A DNA stretch of 26,033 bases. It comes from Elusimicrobiota bacterium. Lineage in GTDB: Bacteria; Elusimicrobiota; Elusimicrobia; UBA1565. Under the pieces are notes generated by a model, which saw only the letters and a program-made list of their open reading frames with translations, searched no databases and was not told the DNA's origin. Positions 18,101-25,998 of this stretch are shown here, piece after piece. The first letter of the stretch is position 1. Every line of letters starts with the position of its first letter. The DNA lies in contig JBDREN010000160.1 in assembly GCA_043819795.1 (NCBI GenBank), positions 1 to 26,033 of the forward strand, in the 5' to 3' direction. The position numbers were made by a program, and so were the translations under genes.

Positions 18101-21100
18101 ACGACCGGCTCCTGGGGGTCGCGCACGGCCAGGGGGAACTCCCGCGCCACCCGGGCGGTGGTGCCGGGCTCGGAGGCCACCCTCAGCACGGCGCGCAGGG
18201 ACACCTGGCCCGAGGAGCCGGGGGCGACGGCCACCACGCCGCTCAGGGTCTGCGCCCCGCCCGCCGCGAGCGTGGCGCCCTCGAACGGGTGGGCCCCGGA
18301 GCCGAGATCGAGCTCGAGCGGCCCAACGCTCAGCGCTTGGGAGGCGCGGTTGGTGACCAGCAGACGCACCTCATCGAAGAATCCGCGGGTCAAGGACTCC
18401 TGGCCCCCGCTCAGGACTCCGAAGCCCGAGAGAGCGATCTCGACGGGCCGCACGGTGACGGTCGCCCGGGCGCCTTCCTGGCCCCGCGCGTCCATGGCGG
18501 CCACCTCGTAGACGTGAGCGGCGTCGTCGCGGTAGCCGGTGTCCTTAAAGGAAGGAGTGGAGAGCAGGCTGCCGCTAATCCGGACTCCGTCCCGGAAGAC
18601 CCGGAAGCCCGCCACGTCGGGGTCCTCGGGGGCCGCCTGCCAGGTGAGGCGCCCGCCGACGCCTCCCTCTCCCAGGAACGAGAGGGCCCGCGGGGCGTGG
18701 GGCGCCGTGTCGACCCCGAACGACAGGCTCGCGGAGGCGGAGTTCCCCGCCTTGTCGGCCGCCTCGCAGAGCACGGTGTACCAAGCGTCGGCGGCGATCG
18801 CGGCGCCCGCGGAGTACGGGGCCTGGGTGCCCCGCGTGTTGTCGATGAGAGCGCAGCCGTCCGAGACGAGGTTCGCGTCGCTGACGCTGGTGCTCAGCGA
18901 GACCGGAGCGAAGTAGGTGTAGCCGTCCTCGACGCCGCTCAGGGAAAGCTCCGGGTCGGTCCGGTCGATCGTGAAGCGGATCGTCCCCTCCGACCCGTGG
19001 CCCCCCGTGTCGGAGGCCGTCACGGTCAGCGTGTACTCCCCCTCCGCGCCCACCGTGGCGCCCGACTCGAAGGGCTCCCCGTTCAAGGCGGCGTGCACGC
19101 TGGAGGGGTCCAGGTTGTCGTCGGCCGCGGAGAAGGAGATGGTGAGCTCCTCGTTCGCGAAGTCCCCGTCCGAGACCCCGGTGACGCTGATCACGGGCGC
19201 GGCCTTGTCGAAGGCCACCGAATCCTCGTCCGACGCGGGGCCCTCGTTGCCGGCCGCGTCCAGGGCCGTCGCCGCGTAGTGGTAGGTGCCGTCCTCGAGC
19301 GGAGCGTCGATGAACGGCGAAGCCGCGGGCCACGGGGTCAGGCCCGCGATGCCCGTGATCGGCGCCCGGGAGCGGTAGATCCTGAACTCGGCCGCGGCCT
19401 CGCCGGCGCCCGCCTCCCAAGAGACCTCGATCTGGCCGAACCCGTTGATGGAGGCCTGCAGGTTCGCCGGCGCGGGGGGCGGGGTCCCGTCCGCGGAGGC
19501 CGAGGCGGGGTCGGAGGGAGGCCCGTCGTTGCCGGCCGCGTCCCGAGCTCTCACCTTGTACTCGTGGGGCCCTTCGGCGGGCTGGTCCGCGTAGGCGCCG
19601 CTCCCGTCGGGAGCCGGCGCGGCGGTGGCGATCTCCATCCCGTCGCGCAGGATCGCGTAGAGGACCACGTCGCCCGCGCCCAGGGGCGCGCTCCAGGAAA
19701 GCTCCACGCGGCTCTCCGGCCGCGCGTTCGCGCGCAGGAACTGCGGCGGTCCCGGCGCCGCGGTGTCGATCGTGAAGAAGGCGGCGCCTCCGGACAGGGT
19801 CGTGCCGGCGTTGCCCAGAGCGTCCGCGGCCGAGTACGCGAAATACGCCCGGCCGTCGCCGGTCGTCTCGTCGACGGCGGCGCCGGCCTCGAAGGACCGG
19901 CCGTCTCCGGAGAGGGGAGCGAGGCTCAAGGCGACGGGGGCGCGGCCTTCGGGCGTGAAGGAGAGGGCGGGGGTGGCGGCCGCGGGCTCGTCGAGGTCCA
20001 GCCGGAGCGAGAGGGTTCCGGCGCTCAGGACCTCCGCCGACAAAAGCGTGACCGTGCCCACGGGTCCGCGCGTGTCCAGAGTCACGGAGCCGCCCGAGGT
20101 GATCGCCGTGCCGGTGTTCCCGACCAGGTCCTCGCCCTGGAAGCCGAAGAGCGCGGCGCCCGGGGCCATCGCCGAAGTCACGGTCAACGTGCCGGTGAAT
20201 CGGGTCGGGCTTTCGGCCTGCACCGGGATGGAGACCGGGCTTTGGCCCGGCGGCTTGAGGGTCACCAGCGGCAGGGCGGCCAGGGTCTCGGTCACCGTGA
20301 GCTCGATCGCGTAGTCCCCGGGCCCCAGAGGGGGGACGGCGCCGGGCAGCTGCATCTGGGCCGAGGGCGCGCTCTGGTCCGAGACGCCGAATACGGCCTC
20401 CGAGAGGACGCTCTCGTTTCCGGCGGTGTCGAGCGAGCTGATTCCATAAAAGAACAGGCCGTCCTGCGGAGGCAGGTCCGCGTAAGAGGTCTCGGCCACG
20501 TCGTCCGTGATCCGGAAGGCCGCCGGCGGGGACCCGCCCGCCGGCAGGTCCGCGCTGTCCAGGCTGCGGTAGAGCCGGTAGGCCGACGGCGTCTCCCCCG
20601 CGGGCAAGGACCAGGAGATGCGGATCTTTCCGCCGGGCAAAGTGGCGGCCTCGGGCGCGTCGGGGGGCAGGGGGGGGCCGAGGTCCAGAGTGACGTCCAC
20701 CGGGTCCGAGGGCTGGCTGACCCCCTTCTTGTCCGAGGCGACCATGGTCAGGGTATAGAGCCCCTCGCTGCCCAGGTTCACGTCCGCGAAGCTCGCCTGG
20801 CCGTCCTGCGTGAAGCGGGGCGCGGATCCCCACGAGCCGTCGATCAGGAGCTGGACGGTGGTCCCGGGCTCGGCCGAGCCGGTCACGGACACCAACGGCT
20901 CATGGGTGATCCAGCCGTCGTCGGGGGAGAGGATCGTCGGCTTGGCCGGCGGGGCGTAGCTGACGACGGCCTGGATCGAGACCTCCGCCGAGTTCCCCCG
21001 GGTGTCGAAGGCCCGGGCCGTCAGCGTATAGCCGCCGTCGTCGTAATCCCGGATGTCGAAATAGAAGGTGTACGGCGGGGCCGTGGCCGACGCCGCCGGC

Positions 21101-24100
21101 TGGCCGTCCACCAGGAACTCGACGCGTGCCACGCCCCGCGGGTCGCTCGCCGTCGCGCTCACCGTGACCGGCCGCGAGACGACGGCCCCGTTGGCCGGCT
21201 CCGTGATCGCGACCGAAGGCGGGACCGGGTCGTAGACCACGTTGTTGGAGGTCGGCGAGAGGTTCCCGAGCGAGTCCTCCGACCGGATGGCGAGGTGCAG
21301 GTCCTGGGCGGGAAGACCGGAGACGGTGAAGGTTTCCGGGGTCCCCGCCTCGGAAGGGGCGAGAGCCCCGAGCGGCGTGCCCGCGTCCCAGTTGGCGTCG
21401 CTCAAGGGCACGGGGGAGGATTTCAGCCTGTAGCCGGCCACCGCGCTCAGGGCGTCGGCCGGCGCGGTCCACGCGATGTCCGCCTCCCCGTCGGCGGGCC
21501 TCTGCTCCGCGAGCGTCAAGTCCTGGATGCGCGCGGGGCCCGTCTTGTCGATCGTGAAGGAGACCGACGCGGTCGCGGAGTTGCCGGCCTCGTCGGTGGC
21601 GGTCAGCGTGACGGTCCTCGGGCCTTCCTGAGCGAACGTGAACGGCGGGGCGTCGTGGCCCTGGTCGTCGCGCAGGGCGATCCCTCCCTCCGGGCTGAGG
21701 TCGTCGAACACGGTGAAGCCGATGGTCACGTCGGCGTTGGTGGCCCAGCCGTCGGCCGGGCTCGTGATGGCGACCGTCGGAGGATCGGTGTCGAGCAGGA
21801 CCGAGAACTCGTCGGCTCGGCCCTCGTTGCCGAACCCGTCGATCGAGATCGCGCGTAGATAGGCGCGGGTATGGACGGCGAGCCCGCCCACCGTGACCGA
21901 GTGCTCGGTGGACAGCTGCGCGGGGTCCTCGTGGTCCACCTGGGCCGGGACGGGGTCCCCGTAGGCGCCGGACTCCGCGCCGAAGGCGACCTGGGAGGTG
22001 GCCGGCTCGTCGGTCACCCAGGTCACGGTGACGCTCGTCTCGTCGGCGTGCACGAGGCCGGCGGCCTCCGTGAGCTCGGGGGGCGTCCGGTCCGGGGCGG
22101 TGACGGTCAGCTCGGCCGGGTCGGAGAGGTTCCCGGCCGCGTCCAGGGCGAAGACCCGGTAGTCGTAGGTCACGCCCAGGTCCAGCTCCTCGGTGTCCGA
22201 AAAAGTCAGATCGGCGGTGTCGCCCAGCGTCGAGAAGTCCGCGCCGCTTCCCGAGACCCGGCGCGAGACCCGGTAGGAGGCCGTCCCGGACGGCGTGGGG
22301 CCGTCGGCGTCGGCCGAGGCGTCCCAGGCCAGGTCCACGCGGCGCTCCTCCATGAACGTGGTCCGCGGGTTCCCGGGAGCCGCCGGCGCCAGAAGGTCGA
22401 TGCGCAGGGTCAGCGTCTTGGGCGCTTCCGCGTTGTCGAGCAAGTCCGTCGCGAAGAACGAGAGCTCATGGGTCCCTTCGCCGGCCGCGGGCTCGGCCGA
22501 GGCGCCGGGCACGACGGTCGCCGGGCCTCCGTCGAGACTCCAGGAGATCTCGCGCGCCCCGATCCCCTCCCCGTCGTCGCCGGAAAGCGTGAGCGCGGGG
22601 AGGGGGGACTTGTACCAGCCGTCGGAGCCGTTGGGCTCCGGGCTCAGGGAGGTGACGGGAGGGGCGTTGTCGACCTTCAGCGTGACGACGGGGCTCGCGC
22701 CGATGTTCTCCGACGGGTCGAACGCGGTCAGGTAGATCTCGTGCGCGCCGTCGGGCATGAGGCGCGCGCCCTCCGGGCTCTCGGCCAAAGTGTCCCACGT
22801 CATCTCGTACACCGGCGGCTCATTGAGGCCCTGGCCGTTGCCGTCGATGAAGAACTGGGCTTTCTGGATACCCTTCTCGTCCGATGCCGTCCCGCTGATC
22901 GCGACCACCCGGGCCACGAAGGATTCGTCCGCGGGCGCGGTGATCGCGGCCTCCGGGGCGACGTTGTCCACGCAGTCGGGGTCGGGCGTCCCCACCTCGA
23001 TGCAATACTGCTCCCTGGAGCAGTGGCCGTCCGCCTCGCAGCCGCCGCAGTCGGGTTGAGGGGGATCGTAACGGATCACCACCTTGCCGTCGCCCCCTTT
23101 GCCTCCGCCCGAGCCCCCGCTGGCGATGCCGCCGGAATAGTCCGGGTCCGACGTGCCGGGCGGCGACCCGGCGTTGCCTCTGGACGTCACCGCGTCGGTC
23201 ACGCCCGTGCCGCCGATATAGCCGCTGCCGCCGCCCCCGCCCTGGTGGTCGTCGCCCCCGCCTCCTCCGTAGTAGCCGTCGCCGCCCCCGGTCCCGTTCC
23301 AGCTGTCGCCGTAGCCTCCGTAATGGAAGCCTCCGCTCTGGCTGCCGCGGCCCCCTCCGGAGCCGCCGCCGGTCTGGGTGCCCCCTCTTCCCGAAGAGCT
23401 GAACCAGGAGCTGCTGGGCGCGTTTTGCCCGTTCGATCCTCCCCCTGCTCCTCCCCAGAAGCTGGAACAGCAGCCGTGGGACCCCGTGCCGCCTCCGCCG
23501 CCGGCCACGATCAAGTCGCTGGAGCCTCTGACGACGGAGGACCTGCCGCCTCCTCCCGCTCCGTAGTAACCTCCCCGGGTGCTGCCGCCCCTGCCTCCGT
23601 TCGGCCAGCCGCCCGGAGCGTTATAGGACCGTCCCGCGCCGCCTCCGCCCACGGTGATCGTCAGCGTCTCTCCCGGCGTGACGGTCATCGTTCCTTTTGA
23701 GTAGCCTCCGGCTCCGCCGACCGCGACGCCGCCTCCCCCGCCGGCGCCCCACATGACGGCGGTGACGGACTCGACGCTTTCGGGCACCGTGAACTCCTGG
23801 ATAGCGGCGGTGAATGCGAATTCCTTTACGCCGGTGAGATCGAGCGGGAGGATGAACGCCGAGCAATCGAAGGTGCAGGAAGATCCGTCCTCGGCGATGT
23901 TCTCATTGCAGTACGTCTCGGTGATGATGTTGCCGTCGTCGCACACCTCGGTCAAGGTGACCGTGCCCGAGCAATCGGAATTGCAGAAGGTCCCGTTCTC
24001 CACGACGCTGTTGCCGCAGATCTGCGTCTCCGTGATGGCGTTCCCCTCGTCGCACGATTCGACTCCCGCCCACAGATGACCATCTCCGCAAACCGCGATC

Positions 24101-25128
24101 TCGCATTCGGGATACGTGCAGCCGTCGTTAGGGTCGGCGTTGCCGTCATCGCATTGTTCCGCCAGCCCGGCATCCACATTGCCGTCACCGCAATAAGGTC
24201 CGGTAGGCACCAGAGCAACGACTACTACTCTGCCGTCGCCCCCTTTGCTGTACGCGTTCCCGACGGCGACGCCGGCAGCATAGTCGGGCTCCGCCGTTCC
24301 GGGCGGGTTCCCGCTTGAGCCCCGGGTCGTTACCGCGTCCGTCACGCCCGCGCCGCCGATGAAGCCGCTGCCGCCGCCCCCGCCCTGGTGGTCGTCGCCC
24401 CCGCCTCCCCCGTAATAGCCGTCGCCGCCGCCGGTCCCGTTCCAGCCGTCACCGGAACCTCCGTAATGGCGGCCTCCGCTCTGGCTGCCGCTGCCCCCTC
24501 CGGAGCCGCCGCCGGTCTGAGAGCCCCCTTTGCCCGAAGCGCTGAACCAGTTGCTATTGGGCGCATTCTGCCCGCTAGATCCCCCGCCGGCTCCTCCGTA
24601 AGCGGAAGCGATGGAATGAGCCCCGCCTCCTCCGCCTCCGCCGGCGACGATCAGATCATCGGAGCCTCTGACGACGGAGGACCTGCCTCCTCCGCCCGCC
24701 CCATAATATCCTCCCCGGGTGCTGCCGCCCCGGCCCCCGTTCGGCCAGCCGCCCGGAGCGTTGTAGGATTGGACCGTGCCTCCTCCGCCCACGATGATCG
24801 TCAAAACCTCTCCCGGCGTGACGGCTATCGTCCCCTTGGAATACCCTCCCGCTCCGCCTCTTGCGCCGGTCCCTCCTCCAGCCGCGCCCCACATCGTCAC
24901 TGTAACGGAGACAACACCTCCGGGCACGGTGAATTCCTGGACCGCGCCGGTGTATGAAAATGTCTGCTTTTCCTCGATTGTCACAGGAGCGGCAGCCGTC
25001 GCCGCGCCGGCGCCAAGTGAGAAGAGGTACACCCAGACAGCTATGCTGGATATCAAATTGGTAATTCTCGATTCACCTCGCGGGAGCCGTATGGACTCCC
25101 GCGGGGTGAAAGCTTCACGCCGATCCAT
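15118..25128 (-). CDS. Gene C: giant secreted glycine-rich / Cys-rich / Ig-Fn3 / carboxypeptidase-regulatory-like domain protein (~3336 aa)
   Basis: 3371-aa ORF in the track. ATG 25128 is preferred to TTG 25233 because a promoter match lies between them (25160-25188). Signal-like segment LISSIAVWVYLFSLGAGAATAA, two glycine-rich domains (MWGA.GG...GGAGGYSKG...PGE.LTI.VGGGG...LIVAGGGGG...GGGDGYYGGGGG...GGGGSG), CGDG...CDDGN repeats, many Ig/Fn3 units (D.T.P...YRVFALDAAGN), VPGAKATL...DANGVAQFPDVPSGAYTLKVEAAGF, and a Cys-rich C-terminus. Exact start uncertain. Confidence 0.9.
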   Translation of the reverse strand: MDRREAFTPRESIRLPRGESRITNLISSIAVWVYLFSLGAGAATAAAPVTIEEKQTFSYTGAVQEFTVPGGVVSVTVTMWGAAGGGTGARGGAGGYSKGTIAVTPGEVLTIIVGGGGTVQSYNAPGGWPNGGRGGSTRGGYYGAGGGGRSSVVRGSDDLIVAGGGGGGGAHSIASAYGGAGGGSSGQNAPNSNWFSASGKGGSQTGGGSGGGSGSQSGGRHYGGSGDGWNGTGGGDGYYGGGGGDDHQGGGGGSGFIGGAGVTDAVTTRGSSGNPPGTAEPDYAAGVAVGNAYSKGGDGRVVVVALVPTGPYCGDGNVDAGLAEQCDDGNADPNDGCTYPECEIAVCGDGHLWAGVESCDEGNAITETQICGNSVVENGTFCNSDCSGTVTLTEVCDDGNIITETYCNENIAEDGSSCTFDCSAFILPLDLTGVKEFAFTAAIQEFTVPESVESVTAVMWGAGGGGGVAVGGAGGYSKGTMTVTPGETLTITVGGGGAGRSYNAPGGWPNGGRGGSTRGGYYGAGGGGRSSVVRGSSDLIVAGGGGGTGSHGCCSSFWGGAGGGSNGQNAPSSSWFSSSGRGGTQTGGGSGGGRGSQSGGFHYGGYGDSWNGTGGGDGYYGGGGGDDHQGGGGGSGYIGGTGVTDAVTSRGNAGSPPGTSDPDYSGGIASGGSGGGKGGDGKVVIRYDPPQPDCGGCEADGHCSREQYCIEVGTPDPDCVDNVAPEAAITAPADESFVARVVAISGTASDEKGIQKAQFFIDGNGQGLNEPPVYEMTWDTLAESPEGARLMPDGAHEIYLTAFDPSENIGASPVVTLKVDNAPPVTSLSPEPNGSDGWYKSPLPALTLSGDDGEGIGAREISWSLDGGPATVVPGASAEPAAGEGTHELSFFATDLLDNAEAPKTLTLRIDLLAPAAPGNPRTTFMEERRVDLAWDASADADGPTPSGTASYRVSRRVSGSGADFSTLGDTADLTFSDTEELDLGVTYDYRVFALDAAGNLSDPAELTVTAPDRTPPELTEAAGLVHADETSVTVTWVTDEPATSQVAFGAESGAYGDPVPAQVDHEDPAQLSTEHSVTVGGLAVHTRAYLRAISIDGFGNEGRADEFSVLLDTDPPTVAITSPADGWATNADVTIGFTVFDDLSPEGGIALRDDQGHDAPPFTFAQEGPRTVTLTATDEAGNSATASVSFTIDKTGPARIQDLTLAEQRPADGEADIAWTAPADALSAVAGYRLKSSPVPLSDANWDAGTPLGALAPSEAGTPETFTVSGLPAQDLHLAIRSEDSLGNLSPTSNNVVYDPVPPSVAITEPANGAVVSRPVTVSATASDPRGVARVEFLVDGQPAASATAPPYTFYFDIRDYDDGGYTLTARAFDTRGNSAEVSIQAVVSYAPPAKPTILSPDDGWITHEPLVSVTGSAEPGTTVQLLIDGSWGSAPRFTQDGQASFADVNLGSEGLYTLTMVASDKKGVSQPSDPVDVTLDLGPPLPPDAPEAATLPGGKIRISWSLPAGETPSAYRLYRSLDSADLPAGGSPPAAFRITDDVAETSYADLPPQDGLFFYGISSLDTAGNESVLSEAVFGVSDQSAPSAQMQLPGAVPPLGPGDYAIELTVTETLAALPLVTLKPPGQSPVSIPVQAESPTRFTGTLTVTSAMAPGAALFGFQGEDLVGNTGTAITSGGSVTLDTRGPVGTVTLLSAEVLSAGTLSLRLDLDEPAAATPALSFTPEGRAPVALSLAPLSGDGRSFEAGAAVDETTGDGRAYFAYSAADALGNAGTTLSGGAAFFTIDTAAPGPPQFLRANARPESRVELSWSAPLGAGDVVLYAILRDGMEIATAAPAPDGSGAYADQPAEGPHEYKVRARDAAGNDGPPSDPASASADGTPPPAPANLQASINGFGQIEVSWEAGAGEAAAEFRIYRSRAPITGIAGLTPWPAASPFIDAPLEDGTYHYAATALDAAGNEGPASDEDSVAFDKAAPVISVTGVSDGDFANEELTISFSAADDNLDPSSVHAALNGEPFESGATVGAEGEYTLTVTASDTGGHGSEGTIRFTIDRTDPELSLSGVEDGYTYFAPVSLSTSVSDANLVSDGCALIDNTRGTQAPYSAGAAIAADAWYTVLCEAADKAGNSASASLSFGVDTAPHAPRALSFLGEGGVGGRLTWQAAPEDPDVAGFRVFRDGVRISGSLLSTPSFKDTGYRDDAAHVYEVAAMDARGQEGARATVTVRPVEIALSGFGVLSGGQESLTRGFFDEVRLLVTNRASQALSVGPLELDLGSGAHPFEGATLAAGGAQTLSGVVAVAPGSSGQVSLRAVLRVASEPGTTARVAREFPLAVRDPQEPVVEVFPEALIRGTNAQVRMKFNNRGSAPLDIRTARASGGSTYPSDDVFLRIETPQGTLLSEARLEQTGNGANSTIVSGQQVFFVTIPGGSSFIFDPVTLFVPDAASGEVAASATVAQITHSLPYSPIPGERSFSGSQTAGTIQEPAYTATVDLISLDGTNPTAVFDRGQTVRIKGRAVDPAGSPLPDRQVALGLSSRGFDRKLSTGTGPDGTYEALFTPASNEPGQYAVSARHPDVLTGGIQAQFAVQHFGFQYEGFTARMSQNSEFRFSVNLTNFGETPVEGLAATVSQESEAEGVSLAIQPGSLPDAIGAGSKATLAFTAAVEPAGPVGRSAFVVTATEANGFSRSMTVFLDVSPSQALPVATPQAFQIGMLAGETRSQKIEIRNKGFDDWVNITLTEPTLDFARIEGSSSMGTLPPGGLAEITVVFEPPADLPTGAVAANPLFEIRSANASAIPINVGVTFTSSRNGAVAVNAVNADEPRDALGAGVGVPGAKATLTSLDVAGLTRQKNADANGVAQFPDVPSGAYTLKVEAAGFQPVTRALNVQPGLTESVEALMVGDYVSYEWTVTPTTIQDEYEVKLDITFQTNVPAPALVIEPALVDLYLEPGTTAYVQYVITNRGQVAADDVEMSPPPNIQLPFTKIPRLGPGESVVIAAKVTRGEGCSSSVGHAYHYECAAGSDVPARAQSFSVTTNCPGSPSSSSGSSKPHDGGGFGGDTQFGLIGEGYVSIVIPNPPPQPCVVTPVISGPSVVAPGCEVTYTANLSGSNCGCEPTCGTVDWRATGGQVTGVSADGCSATVRADGSGPLAVSVDGADLQAAYSGESQPAELITCASDTGPDGSPQCDPSFQNLLDRYAERVKQNVESGWKCGYLGNLMIGLNDFRNWLAGKATGAAIWDDIQGACVDWRTDIGSALEPHQENGWMVQGVTRKCTDGIFPFQHNAVRVVNVPMGCDLIFDPWYTCAPDMKTSAAWYGNANATCDKVHDFIFGWLLK
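23068..24963 (-). repeat. Intragenic duplication (period ~1143 bp) of the glycine-rich domain in gene C
   Basis: CCCTGGTGGTCGTCGCCCCCGCCTCC occurs at 23240 and 24383. Both copies encode SYNAPGGWPNGGRGGSTRGGYYGAGGGGRSSVVRGS and WNGTGGGDGYYGGGGGDDHQGGGGGSG, and they are separated by Cys-rich repeats. Confidence 0.9.
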
Positions 25129-25159
25129 GCCTGTGATAGCCGCAACCTCGCCCGCCGAT

Positions 25160-25188
25160 ACGATAACAGGGGCCCGCTGACAATTCAA
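25160..25188 (-). promoter_or_regulatory. Putative sigma70-type promoter for the gene C-gene B operon (TTGAAT-N17-TATCGT, extended -10 TG)
   Basis: Minus strand TTGAAT TGTCAGCGGGCCCCTGT TATCGT: 17-bp spacer with TGn directly before the -10, which ends ~31 nt upstream of ATG 25128. Confidence 0.55.
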
Positions 25189-25385
25189 GGACACGTCCCT
25201 GACATTCGCTATTGAATAACGCTGCAAAAACAAGCATCTTTAAAAAAGGTCAGGGGATGTCGGCTAGTGAGGATTAGGTCAGGCGCAATACCGGTCCTGA
25301 CTTCCGTGCTGGGATACCCAGCCTCAAACCTCTCCGTCCCACACAGAGGGAACTGAATCTCGACTTGATACGTATATCCCTATAT

Positions 25386-25422
25386 CCCTTCCCCCCTTGC
25401 GGGGGAAGGTTAGGATGGGGGG
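25386..25422 (+). repeat. Left REP-like hairpin repeat flanking the DUF559 gene
   Basis: CCCTTCCCCCCTTGCGGGGGAAGGTTAGGATGGGGGG, with a perfect 9-bp stem CCTTCCCCC/GGGGGAAGG. 30/37 identical to the reverse complement of 25757-25793. Confidence 0.85.
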
Positions 25423-25431
25423 ATTGGGTCC

Positions 25432-25800
25432 ATGTCGAGATTGATTCCGCGCTCCCGCGCCTTACGTAGATCCATGACAAACGCGGAAAAGCTGATGTGG
25501 CATCATCTCCGGCTGCGCCAAGCTGGCGTGAAGTTTCGCAGACAGACGGTGATGGGACGATACATCGTTGACTTCGTCTGCTTCAGCGAGAAGTTGGTCA
25601 TAGAAATCGACGGCGGCCAACATTGCGAACAGAGCTGCTATGACTCCCGCCGTACCGCTTGGCTTCGGAGTCAAGGGTTTACGGTTCTCCGGTTCTGGAA
25701 TCATGACGTGTTAAGACATATCGACGCGGTCAAACAGGCTGTCTTTGCGGAACTCACCCCCCACCTCAATCCTCCCCCGCAAGGGGGGAGGAGGCGCTAA
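25432..25800 (+). CDS. DUF559 domain-containing protein (Vsr-like / PD-(D/E)xK endonuclease)
   Basis: Characteristic motifs: R.LRR.MT.AE..W..LR...GVKFRRQ..G.YIVDFVC...KLVIEIDGGQH......D..R..WL...GF.VLRFWN.DV. Confidence 0.93.
   Translation: MSRLIPRSRALRRSMTNAEKLMWHHLRLRQAGVKFRRQTVMGRYIVDFVCFSEKLVIEIDGGQHCEQSCYDSRRTAWLRSQGFTVLRFWNHDVLRHIDAVKQAVFAELTPHLNPPPQGGRRR
25757..25793 (-). repeat. Right REP-like hairpin repeat (inverted copy), overlapping the DUF559 3' end
   Basis: CCCCCCACCTCAATCCTCCCCCGCAAGGGGGGAGGAG, with a perfect 9-bp stem TCCTCCCCC/GGGGGAGGA and loop GCAAG. It encodes PHLNPPPQGGRR in the CDS. Confidence 0.85.
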
Positions 25801-25907
25801 GCGATCGGATCGATGGTTGGAGCTCATTGCGTCCGTATCTGACTCACGGGACACCCGAATCTCAACACCGCTCAGTCGAGAGGAGTCTCGTTCCGGCCGC
25901 GCCCCGC

Positions 25908-25937
25908 TTGATGGGCAAAATACGAAAAGCGTAACCT
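25908..25937 (+). promoter_or_regulatory. Possible promoter TTGATG-N18-TAACCT for a downstream + strand gene
   Basis: Hexamers at 25908-25913 and 25932-25937, followed by two short hairpins and an AGGAGG ribosome-binding site. Confidence 0.35.
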
Positions 25938-25998
25938 CTGGTTGAGAAAACTCAAACCCGCCAGTGACAGCTGGCGAAAACCAGGAGGCTACGCTCGT

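Noticed and set aside
15571..21858. 2095-aa + strand ORF, and others such as 21871-23700, 13244-15538, 9611-11812 and 6776-9556
   Set aside because: Antisense shadows of genes B and C caused by high GC3; Arg/Gly/Val-rich with no recognisable domains.
25129..25233. TTG start at 25233 for gene C
   Set aside because: The segment contains the promoter-like cassette shared with gene A's non-coding upstream region.
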